From a virus (Duplodnaviria > Caudoviricetes), in IMG/VR virus record IMGVR_UViG_3300038608_000011, positions 1 to 64,000 of that record: a DNA stretch of 64,000 nucleotides. The stretch is one strand, 5' to 3'. The translations under genes were made by a program, and so were the position numbers. The notes below the pieces were generated by a model. That model saw nothing but the letters and a program-made list of their open reading frames with translations, ran no database searches and was not told the DNA's origin. This document shows positions 1 through 8,561 of the stretch, one piece after another (positions within the stretch are counted from its first letter, which is position 1; the number at the start of each line of letters is the position of its first letter).

Positions 1-299
1 TTCTGAGATGTTGTTATAACCAGAATCAAAGTCTATGTCCGCATCTGTACCATATTTTTGGATAACTCTATAATTCAGGATGTTAAATACGATCCAAGAG
101 CTTAACATTCAATATAATGAACTTATAATGAATGTACTCAGTAACCTTTATTCCTACTCCACATATCAACTTAGCCATTTATTTAGCCTCAATACCATGT
201 GTACGACCCACATCCACACCCGTAAGTTCTGCTTCGATCTTACCGATGATTGTATAGAATGTCAATTCGTCTGTTTGGGTGGTGTTCATTCAGTTTCTC

Positions 300-1625
300 C
301 TATTTCTTAGAAATCTTGCAATATTTATCAGAGCCTAGGACTTCTTTCCAAGCCTGCTGCATCGCTGCATACAACAAATCTACGATAGACTCACGACAGC
401 AGAAAGAATCGTGGTAGCACAGAGCCACTTCACCGCTTTGTATCATAAGATCAATCACACGTAAAGCAATTTCACTATCTAGATTTTGAAGCCAAATCCC
501 TCTGTCATTGTAAAACTCCTTTTCAATCACATAGTTATGATCTGCAAGCGCTTGGATGATCTTACCTGTATCCGGCTTGATAATACCAAAGAATTCACGA
601 TCCTTTTCTTCTCTGAGATTATCCTTGAACAGTTCATTACCAAGTGTCCGTTTGGTTTGTGCAAAATCTACACAATTGATAGACAAAAGTAAAGCGCGTT
701 TGTAAAGATTCCGCACAGGATCATATTTTGTTAGTGTGTGTTTCATTTTATGCTTGGCAATTGCAATTGTGTCCACTTGCAAAAACGAACTGTCTGCATT
801 ATACGGATCAAAATCTTCTGTAATAAGCTCTGAAATCCCCTTATTTTCGTCTAAATACAGTGAGTAAAGCATATATGGGTGATTTGCTTTATAATCGAGT
901 TCTATAATCTTCTCACCGTTTATAGTAATATGTTCTAGGCGGTATTCTTCTGGTAATAGTTGGATACCACCACCATGCACAAACAGCCGACCACCATGAA
1001 ACAAATCCCCACTAAAAGAACGCTTGTACTCAACCAAGGGCAGCGGTTCACCCATAAACTCAATCTGCACTGAACTCAAGCTTTGATTGTAGTCATTCAT
1101 TTTACTAACCATTTTTAAAAACTCCTCGGTGTTCTCTGTAAATATTTGTTCTTTTGTCTTGCGGTCTTTTACCACAACATACTCCAACAGGCAACCTTTT
1201 GCTACGTGTAAGGACACTTGTTCATTGTCAAACAAGGCTAGCAGCTTAGGTTCAAACCTGATAATTGTGGGGAATGACAACCACTCGGCTCTTGTGTCCT
1301 TATTACCAAGGAAGATTGTAATATAACCATCTGTCTCTAGGTTGTCAAGCACCGATTTCACTTGTCTAGCACCAATTCCACAGATGTTACCAGACCAGTA
1401 GTCAGCCTTCAGCCTAACACTGAAACCTCTATAGCCATTACGCAAAGCTTTACTGGTGTTGGTGAAGAACCATTGCAGAGCATTGTATTTCTTTTCTCCA
1501 TAGACTTTACACATAGCTTCCACTATGGTGTCATAAGCTTTATTCTCCTCTCGAAATGGTCTACCCTTCATTGTAGACAACAACATCTTATACCTCTCTA
1601 CACCCTCTATTTCTCTTACTTTCAT
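300..1625 (-). CDS. Divergent, compact family-A polymerase-like protein (PolA / single-subunit RNAP superfamily palm and fingers)
   Basis: Motifs in the expected order: GGRLF, motif A ELDYKANHP, motif B-like RNLYKRALL, LQNLDSEIA, motif C YHDSF. No exonuclease domain seen. Confidence 0.6.
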   Translation of the reverse strand: MKVREIEGVERYKMLLSTMKGRPFREENKAYDTIVEAMCKVYGEKKYNALQWFFTNTSKALRNGYRGFSVRLKADYWSGNICGIGARQVKSVLDNLETDGYITIFLGNKDTRAEWLSFPTIIRFEPKLLALFDNEQVSLHVAKGCLLEYVVVKDRKTKEQIFTENTEEFLKMVSKMNDYNQSLSSVQIEFMGEPLPLVEYKRSFSGDLFHGGRLFVHGGGIQLLPEEYRLEHITINGEKIIELDYKANHPYMLYSLYLDENKGISELITEDFDPYNADSSFLQVDTIAIAKHKMKHTLTKYDPVRNLYKRALLLSINCVDFAQTKRTLGNELFKDNLREEKDREFFGIIKPDTGKIIQALADHNYVIEKEFYNDRGIWLQNLDSEIALRVIDLMIQSGEVALCYHDSFCCRESIVDLLYAAMQQAWKEVLGSDKYCKISKK

Positions 1626-1835
1626 TCACTTCCCTCTTACCATATCCTCTATTCTCCTATATGGGAAACATTTCTCCACGAAGGCATTCAACCCAACAAT
1701 CTTAGCACACATCTCAGAGAACACAAGCCTCTGTATGAAAATAAATTTATAGAAATTCCCTTGACTCTCCCTTGCATTGCTGTAGAATCAAACCCTCGAA
1801 TGATTGAGTATCAACCACAAACGTAGGAGATTGAG

Positions 1836-2102
1836 ATGAAATTCCCAAAAGAACGTGATGTAGGGCGTTATGGTGATATGAGTCAGACAGCGCATCTTCG
1901 TGTTGGCCTTGATGGTGACAGCGACGTTTATGTGAGCATCTATGATGACCAAGGTGGAGCCAGTATTGAATTCTGTACGCAATATGCTGGAGGTGGTAAG
2001 TCTCCACGTACACGAGAGGCTTTGATAGCCCTGATGACTGCTATAGAGGAAGATAATGCAGAAACCCCAAGCTTTGATTGGTGGAAGCGTAGAGCTATTT
2101 AG
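1836..2102 (+). CDS. Hypothetical phage protein (88 aa)
   Basis: ATG with upstream AGGAG; start of the + strand block. Confidence 0.7.
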   Translation: MKFPKERDVGRYGDMSQTAHLRVGLDGDSDVYVSIYDDQGGASIEFCTQYAGGGKSPRTREALIALMTAIEEDNAETPSFDWWKRRAI

Positions 2103-2196
2103 TATCCCACAAGACACACAAACGTGACATTTGGTTGAAAATGTAGCCTATGTGAGACATTCTATTAGCAAGCAGTTCATGATAGGAATAATCAAC

Positions 2197-2224
2197 TAGA
2201 CGACAGAGAAAGTTGTGGTAGAAT
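2197..2224 (+). promoter_or_regulatory. Sigma70-like promoter
   Basis: TAGACG-16 nt-TAGAAT with TGTGG extended -10, upstream of ORF 2259. Confidence 0.55.
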
Positions 2225-2258
2225 TGTTGGCATGTAAACAAACCGAAGGAGAAATCTA

Positions 2259-2849
2259 ATGCAAGACAAAATCAAAGTTTATAAAGATATTCTTAAGGTT
2301 GCAAAGAAGTATTCTAGCATTGTAGACGCTGATCGTCTTACTCTAGACGTGAAGTCTCTAGAAAGTGCAATTAAAGCTCTTGAAGTTTCTGAACGCTTTG
2401 GTATTCCGATTAAGTACCTTTCTTTCAGCAATTATCTTCAAGTAAAAGATTCTTATGATGAATGGACAGGTATCGCTTTCTTTTCTGAAACAGCAGATCA
2501 ACCTATTGGTTGCTCAGATACAGGTCAGCAACCTAAAAACGAGTGGTTGTACACTATTCGATTTACTTGCGGGGCTTATATCTTTGGTGACTCTTATCCA
2601 ACACAGACTTTCAGTGCATTCTTTAACGAGTTGAAATCTTTTGAGCCTAAGTACATTGACTCTACAAACAAAGCTCTATATTTTACAGAGGATAAAGCTA
2701 AAGCTGTCTATGGGGCATTCTGGCCTATCTTTAAGAAGTATGAAGCTCTGGTTGCAGATGAGGTGAAAGCTAAACGTAAGGCTGAGCTTGAAGCTGAATT
2801 GGCAGCGCTTGCCGAGGCAGAAACAATTGAAAAAGCAATGGAAATATAA
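2259..2849 (+). CDS. Hypothetical phage protein (196 aa)
   Basis: Long ORF, AAGGAG RBS. Confidence 0.8.
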   Translation: MQDKIKVYKDILKVAKKYSSIVDADRLTLDVKSLESAIKALEVSERFGIPIKYLSFSNYLQVKDSYDEWTGIAFFSETADQPIGCSDTGQQPKNEWLYTIRFTCGAYIFGDSYPTQTFSAFFNELKSFEPKYIDSTNKALYFTEDKAKAVYGAFWPIFKKYEALVADEVKAKRKAELEAELAALAEAETIEKAMEI

Positions 2850-2863
2850 ATAGGAGAATTTAG

Positions 2864-3073
2864 ATGGAAAAGAAATATTGCTGGAAGGTGTTGAGTGAGG
2901 ATGGTTTGTTAAAATACCATTGCCCCCTTGGCCCATACTACAGTCAGGATACCCTTGATGATGTTTATGACACTGAATACGAAGCTGTCAGCGCCCTTGC
3001 TAATTTCCGCGCAAGGCACGAATATGGTGTAGACTGGAGACTGGTCTTGGTTACAATGTACCAAAGAGCTTAG
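2864..3073 (+). CDS. Hypothetical protein (69 aa)
   Basis: AGGAG RBS, tight packing. Confidence 0.7.
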   Translation: MEKKYCWKVLSEDGLLKYHCPLGPYYSQDTLDDVYDTEYEAVSALANFRARHEYGVDWRLVLVTMYQRA

Positions 3074-3118
3074 AATTTGTAGAAATCAAGCCGAAAGGCC
3101 TTACATAGGAGAATTGAG

Positions 3119-3283
3119 ATGGACAACAGCGATTATGTTGAGTGGACCAAAACCTTGACTAAGGAACAGCTTCTTGATGAGGTTATGGAGAATACTGAGT
3201 ATTTGACAGACAGCTATTATTTTTATCCTTTAGGTAAAGCTTTAGTCAGTCGCTACGAAGAACTTAAAAATGAAGATTCGTAG
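3119..3283 (+). CDS. Small hypothetical protein (54 aa, MDNSDYVEWTK...), not in ORF track
   Basis: AGGAG RBS, ATG 3119, TAG 3281-3283; fills the gap between neighbours. Confidence 0.65.
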   Translation: MDNSDYVEWTKTLTKEQLLDEVMENTEYLTDSYYFYPLGKALVSRYEELKNEDS

Positions 3284-3491
3284 CCCTGTTGCAAAACACT
3301 TGCACAAATCCTGTAAATCTTCTATAGTGCTCTGCAAGAAGCGTTCTCTGTTAAGTGATGCCATAGCATTAGAAACACAAGAAAGCCTCTCTGAGGGGCT
3401 TGTGGAGGGGTATCCCTGGCGGGATGAGAGCTGTTATGATGAGCCTGACTGCGACACAGAGATAAATTTAAACAAAGGAGAAACAATATGA
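3270..3491 (+). CDS. Hypothetical protein (73 aa)
   Basis: ATGA overlap with the next gene. Confidence 0.65.
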   Translation: MKIRSPVAKHLHKSCKSSIVLCKKRSLLSDAIALETQESLSEGLVEGYPWRDESCYDEPDCDTEINLNKGETI

Positions 3492-5500
3492 GTGGATTTG
3501 CACCATTTGGCAGTGCCGTACACGTAGCCTTCAATTCTATTCTTGAGAAAGATAACAAGACGCGAGAAAATGTCTTTGTTGTTGATGTTACTGGAGATGA
3601 GTTGTGGGAACATTATCTTGCATCGTTTCCACAGGGAACCAACCCAATCTTCCGTGAACGTACAGAGCATGATTGCTCTTGCTGCAAGAATTTCGTAAGG
3701 AACATTGGTGATGTTGTCTACGTTAAAGGAGATGAATTCTTTAGTGTTTGGGATGTCGCGCTATCGGATGAAACATATTCTGTTGTTGCTAAAGCAATGT
3801 CTGAATTCGTTAAGAGTAAGCCGATTAAAGCTCATTTCTTGGTGACTGAGCCATCTTATGGTGCTGAATCCACCAATACTAAAGGTGAGGTGTGGAAGCA
3901 TTTTCATGCAAAGATTCCCTCAATCTTCATTAGTAAGAACAATGACAGCAATTATGTCGGCCAACGTAAAGACGATGTAAATATTCTTCGTCGCTCGATT
4001 CTTGAAATTACCGATGAATCTGTTGATATTATCTCTGAACTAATTGACCAGAATTCTCTGTATCGTGGGGAAGAGCATAAAAACACTGTGAGCCTTCTGA
4101 AAACGTTGAAGCGGGAATACAACAAACTGACAACTGAACGTCAGAAAGAGTTCTTCCTTTGGACCAAGGCGAAGCCAAACACACGAGTACGCAACACTGT
4201 TATTGGTACACTACTAACTGATATTTCTGAAGGTGTTGAGCTTGAACGTGCTGTAGCAAGCTTTGAAGCTAAAGTAGCACCTACAAACTACAAGCGGCCT
4301 AAAGCGCTCGTCACTCAGCGGATGATTGATGAAGCTAAAAAGCAAGTAGAGGCTCTAGGTATTGAAGATTCTCTTTCTCGTCGATACGCTGTACGAGAAG
4401 ATATTTCTGTCAATGATGTGCTGTTTGTTGATGGGAGTGTGAAACCTAAGCTTCTTGGTGGTGCATTTGATTCGATAAAGCCGACGAAGAAGTCTGTACC
4501 TGAATTTACAAACGTAGAAGATATTAGCATCAAGGACTTCCTTACTAACGTTCTACCAAAAGCAACTGAAATTGAAGCATTTATTAAGAACCAGCACCTG
4601 AGCAACTTTGTAAGCTTGGTGGCCCCTATGCACGGTGAATCACCAGCATTGTTTAAATGGGACAACGGTTTCTCTTGGTCATATGATGGTGAAGTGACAG
4701 ACTCCATCAAAGAGCGTGTCAAGAAAGCGGGCGGTAAGGTTGATGGTGATGTTCGTGTGTCTCTGTCCTGGCATAACAGTGATGATCTTGATTTAGGTGT
4801 AATTTGCAAAAGAACTGACCGGCGCATGTACTTTAGTAATCGCTACAGTAAGCTGTTTGGTTGTATTCTTGATGTGGATATGAATGGCGGTAGTGGGATG
4901 AATGCTGTTGATCCTGTTGAAAACATTGTTTGGAGTCGTTCTGCTGAAATGCCAGTTGGGGAATACAGTATTTATGTAAACAACTACAATAAACGTGGGA
5001 CTGCTAATGTCGGGTTTGAAGTAGAGGTAGAGATTGAAGGGCAAGTGTTCAGCTTTACTCACCCTAAAGACCTAAGTAGCCGAGCAACTATTGAGGTTGG
5101 AGTGATTACCAAGGACAAACAAGGCAACATCACAGTAAGTAATATGGTAAAGGGTTCGTCTTCTAGTGAGAAATGGAATATCAAAACTGAAGATTGGGCA
5201 CCTGTAGACCTCATCACCCGCTCCCCTAACTTCTGGGAAAGTAAGAAGGTAGGTAACGAGCACGTATTCTTTATGCTGAAAGGTTGCGTCAATGAAGAAG
5301 GTACACGCGGCTTCTACAATGAATTCCTCCGTGATGACCTCACTGCACATCGTAAGACGTTTGAACTGCTTGCATCAAGTATGAAGGTAGGCTACAATGA
5401 AAATCAGTTGAGCGGGATTGGCTTCTCAACCACCAAACGAGAAGAAATTCTTGTACGTGTGAAAGGTTCTATCAATCGTGTATTGAATGTTAAGTTTTAA
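3488..5500 (+). CDS. Large phage protein of unknown function with C-terminal YfaP/DUF2135-like domain
   Basis: 670 aa. N-terminal HDCSCC motif. C-terminal VRVSLSWHNSDDLDL...LDVDMNGG...PVENIVW...GEYSIYV resembles the YfaP-type beta domain. Confidence 0.6.
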   Translation: MSGFAPFGSAVHVAFNSILEKDNKTRENVFVVDVTGDELWEHYLASFPQGTNPIFRERTEHDCSCCKNFVRNIGDVVYVKGDEFFSVWDVALSDETYSVVAKAMSEFVKSKPIKAHFLVTEPSYGAESTNTKGEVWKHFHAKIPSIFISKNNDSNYVGQRKDDVNILRRSILEITDESVDIISELIDQNSLYRGEEHKNTVSLLKTLKREYNKLTTERQKEFFLWTKAKPNTRVRNTVIGTLLTDISEGVELERAVASFEAKVAPTNYKRPKALVTQRMIDEAKKQVEALGIEDSLSRRYAVREDISVNDVLFVDGSVKPKLLGGAFDSIKPTKKSVPEFTNVEDISIKDFLTNVLPKATEIEAFIKNQHLSNFVSLVAPMHGESPALFKWDNGFSWSYDGEVTDSIKERVKKAGGKVDGDVRVSLSWHNSDDLDLGVICKRTDRRMYFSNRYSKLFGCILDVDMNGGSGMNAVDPVENIVWSRSAEMPVGEYSIYVNNYNKRGTANVGFEVEVEIEGQVFSFTHPKDLSSRATIEVGVITKDKQGNITVSNMVKGSSSSEKWNIKTEDWAPVDLITRSPNFWESKKVGNEHVFFMLKGCVNEEGTRGFYNEFLRDDLTAHRKTFELLASSMKVGYNENQLSGIGFSTTKREEILVRVKGSINRVLNVKF

Positions 5501-5536
5501 CCTGAACATTAAATTCTAAATTAAGAGGAAATAAAT

Positions 5537-5938
5537 ATGACTACTGAAACTACAAACATCTTTGAAATTGCATCCCGTCAGAAACTACGCTTTGAAACAG
5601 CGGTTGGAATGATCAGCACAGAAGACCTCTGGTCACTACCACTAACTTCCAACAGCAAGGTTTCTCTTGATTCTTTAGCTGTTGCTTTGAACAAGGAACT
5701 GAAGGGTTCCGAAGAAAGCTTTGTAACAAGCACCAAGAAAGATGAAGTGCTGAAGCTCAAGTTTGATCTTGTAAAGCATGTGATTGATGTACGCATGGAA
5801 GAGAACAAGAAGAAAACTGAAGAACTTCAACGTAAAGCTAAGCTTGAGAACATTGATAGTCTCATTGTACAGAAACAGAATGAGAAACTGGCTAACCTTT
5901 CTCTTGAAGAGCTTGAGGCATTGAAAGCCAGCGTCTAA
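5537..5938 (+). CDS. Hypothetical coiled-coil protein (133 aa), probable partner of the 670-aa ORF
   Basis: GAGGA RBS; followed by a terminator. Confidence 0.8.
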   Translation: MTTETTNIFEIASRQKLRFETAVGMISTEDLWSLPLTSNSKVSLDSLAVALNKELKGSEESFVTSTKKDEVLKLKFDLVKHVIDVRMEENKKKTEELQRKAKLENIDSLIVQKQNEKLANLSLEELEALKASV

Positions 5939-5952
5939 TCCAGCAATAAATT

Positions 5953-5980
5953 GAAGGGGGTGAAAGCCCCTTCTCTGTTT
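5953..5980 (+). terminator. Rho-independent terminator
   Basis: GAAGGGG...CCCCTTC stem followed by T-rich tract. Confidence 0.6.
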
Positions 5981-5993
5981 AGGGGACTAACTA

Positions 5994-6236
5994 ATGAGCA
6001 CAATAAACCTAGCAAAAGAATATCGCCAGTACAGCCCAGAAGAGCTTCGTGATCTAGCCTATCGTGGGGTACTTGAAGTTAATGGGTTTGATATGACTGA
6101 TGTACTTGAATATATGTTTCAGGATTGTTCCTTTACAGCTGAGGAAGATCAAGATACCATAGAACATCTTCGAGGAGAGCTTTATGATTTGAAACGAAGC
6201 ATTGATAATGCTATTCGGGAGTTAGACTATGAATAA
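5994..6236 (+). CDS. Hypothetical protein (80 aa)
   Basis: ORF in a packed operon. Confidence 0.7.
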   Translation: MSTINLAKEYRQYSPEELRDLAYRGVLEVNGFDMTDVLEYMFQDCSFTAEEDQDTIEHLRGELYDLKRSIDNAIRELDYE

Positions 6237-6456
6237 TTTTGATCAAGAGCTTCTTGGAATAGAAGCAAACCTTTATGCTACACCTAGCTGGTTTGTTACA
6301 GCTGTACAATCTATCTGTGAAACTATCCTACGAGAACGAGATAAGGGGTATACTATTTTCTTGGAGGAATACGCCTCAATTGAGGCTGAAGAGCTTCGTA
6401 ATGCTGATGAGAAGAAGCGGCCTAATCTTCAGCTCATACAGGGCGACAAAGAATGA
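6229..6456 (+). CDS. Hypothetical protein (75 aa)
   Basis: Overlapping start/stop with neighbours. Confidence 0.65.
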   Translation: MNNFDQELLGIEANLYATPSWFVTAVQSICETILRERDKGYTIFLEEYASIEAEELRNADEKKRPNLQLIQGDKE

Positions 6457-6752
6457 GTGGTGGATATTTTGATTATGATCAGTATAAAATAGCAAATATT
6501 GCTTCCACTATTGATGATTTAATCTTTCACAATGGAAGTGAAGAGAAAGATAGTTATGGAGATAATCGTTATAGAAGCTATCCTGAAGATATGATTGAAG
6601 AATTTAAGAAGGCCGTTAATATTCTCAGAGAAGCTGAGGTGTATGTTCAGAGAATTGATTGGCTTGTTTCTGATGATGATGGGGAAGAATCGTTTAGAAG
6701 TAGGTTGAAGAGTGATTTGGGAAAGTTGGACTTTTATGAATTGAAGTTGTAA
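6453..6752 (+). CDS. Hypothetical protein (99 aa)
   Basis: ATGA overlap with upstream gene. Confidence 0.7.
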   Translation: MSGGYFDYDQYKIANIASTIDDLIFHNGSEEKDSYGDNRYRSYPEDMIEEFKKAVNILREAEVYVQRIDWLVSDDDGEESFRSRLKSDLGKLDFYELKL

Positions 6753-6767
6753 GATTAGGAGGGGAGA

Positions 6768-8516
6768 TTGAGTAAACAAGAGCGACCAGATGGAGAACTT
6801 CTATATCATGCAGCTTGTATTGGGGAAGATTGTTCCTCGTCTGATGGTATGGCAGTTTATATAAAAGAAATTGATGGAAAGCAAATCAATGATGCTTTCT
6901 GTTTTGTCTGTAGTAATTATTTCAATCATTCTCAGCTTGAAGAAGTGGGGGTTAAGATTAAAGAGGGGAAAAGTAAATTGACAGAAGCTGTAGATTTTTC
7001 AACTATTGAAACTATTCCTTTCCGAGGCTGGAAAGATCGGGGTATCGGGCAACCCGTAAGTGTTAAATATGGAGTACACACTGAAGTAGAAAATAGCTTT
7101 GATGTAATAGCCCGCTACTACCCATCAACCTCAGATGGTAAGATTGTTGGTTATAAAAAACGTGTGACACCAAAAGATTTTATTGGTATCGGTAGTACAA
7201 AAGCAACTAATGAACTATTTGGCCAATCTGTATTTGAAGCTGGACAGAAATATCTTGTTGTTACTACAGGGGAAGAGGATGCGCTAGCTTTTGCTCAAGC
7301 TCTTTATTCAAAGAAAGACAACACCGAATATTGGACACCTGTTGTTAGCGTAACTTGTGGTGATGGTAGTATTATCAAACAGTTCAAGGCTAATTTTGAA
7401 TACATCAATTCCTTTGATAAAGTAGTTCTGGCATTTGACAACGATGATTCAGCACAGAAATATGTAGAGGAGGCTGCACGTCTACTGAGTCCCGGTAAAG
7501 GATTTATTGTCAAATTCCCACAAGGAATTAAAGATGCATCTGACATGGTTAAAGCTGGGCGATCCGCTGAACTAAAGCAATTATTTTGGAAAGCTACGCC
7601 TTTTAGTCGGGTCGATGTTCTGCATTTGAGTCAGATGTGGGATGATTTTGAAAGCGAGGATAACAATGTAAAAATTCCATTCCCTGCATCATGGTCGCAC
7701 TTGAATGAAATGATGAATGGTGGTATGGAAAAAGGTGAAATTACTATAATCGGAGCATTGACTTCCATTGGTAAGTCCTCTATTATCAACAATGTTGTAT
7801 ATTCGTTGATTGAGAATACACAATTTAAAGTTGGTGCAATGTATCTAGAGGGTACTAAACGAGAGGTGGTACGTGATTTGTTGTCACTTGATGCTGGGAT
7901 GAATCTGCGGACTGTAAATCGTAACAATGTAGACATTGAGGCTCTAAAGTATCGATTCTTTGAAAATCTTGCAAAGAAGGATCAATTCGTTTATGTTGAC
8001 CATCAGGGTAGTATTTCAACATCAGAGATTTTTGATAAACTGAATTATCTAGCAAAAGCTGAAAATTGCGATGTCATCATTATTGATCCAGTCCAAGCTG
8101 GTGTGAACAGTAGTGATAATGGTGCAATTATTGAGTTTATGGATACTCTGTTGAAGTTTGCAAAGGAAACAGATACTTGCGTGGTTGCAGTGAGTCACAT
8201 GCGCAAGCCTTCTGAAGAAAACCCACACGCTGTAACTGAATATTCTCTCATGGGTTCTTCTAGTCTGAATCAAATTGCATTCAATACTATTCTATTGAGT
8301 CGAGACAAAATGAACGAGTGCCCCATCAAGAAATCAGCAACCAAGTTACAATTGGTTAAATGTCGTCGGACTGGTAACACTGGTGAAGCCGGTTGGTTGC
8401 GATATGACCACAGCACAACCCATTTGTTTGCTACATCTGATCCGTATGCAGAAGAGTTCCTTGAGCCACCTTCTGCTGAGTCACTTGAAGTACCAGCACA
8501 CATGGTTGACTTTTGA
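6768..8516 (+). CDS. T7 gp4-like DNA primase-helicase
   Basis: N-terminal Cys Zn-binding region, TOPRIM (GEEDA, AFDND, KDASD), Walker A GALTSIGKS, IIIDP, VSHMRK, KCRRTG; TTG start behind AGGAGG. Confidence 0.93.
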   Translation: MSKQERPDGELLYHAACIGEDCSSSDGMAVYIKEIDGKQINDAFCFVCSNYFNHSQLEEVGVKIKEGKSKLTEAVDFSTIETIPFRGWKDRGIGQPVSVKYGVHTEVENSFDVIARYYPSTSDGKIVGYKKRVTPKDFIGIGSTKATNELFGQSVFEAGQKYLVVTTGEEDALAFAQALYSKKDNTEYWTPVVSVTCGDGSIIKQFKANFEYINSFDKVVLAFDNDDSAQKYVEEAARLLSPGKGFIVKFPQGIKDASDMVKAGRSAELKQLFWKATPFSRVDVLHLSQMWDDFESEDNNVKIPFPASWSHLNEMMNGGMEKGEITIIGALTSIGKSSIINNVVYSLIENTQFKVGAMYLEGTKREVVRDLLSLDAGMNLRTVNRNNVDIEALKYRFFENLAKKDQFVYVDHQGSISTSEIFDKLNYLAKAENCDVIIIDPVQAGVNSSDNGAIIEFMDTLLKFAKETDTCVVAVSHMRKPSEENPHAVTEYSLMGSSSLNQIAFNTILLSRDKMNECPIKKSATKLQLVKCRRTGNTGEAGWLRYDHSTTHLFATSDPYAEEFLEPPSAESLEVPAHMVDF

Positions 8517-8561
8517 AATAAGGAGGGGTAAAATCCTCCGTTCAATTTGGGAGGGGTTGTT

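Noticed and set aside
80-180. MAKLICGVGIK... on the - strand as a remnant of the LDKD endonuclease family
   Set aside because: Only about 8 residues match the family N-terminus and the frame stops after about 30 codons; too little to support.
8521-8540. Terminator between primase-helicase and polymerase
   Set aside because: A GGAGG/CCTCC hairpin exists but lacks a proper U-tract; at most a pause or translational element.
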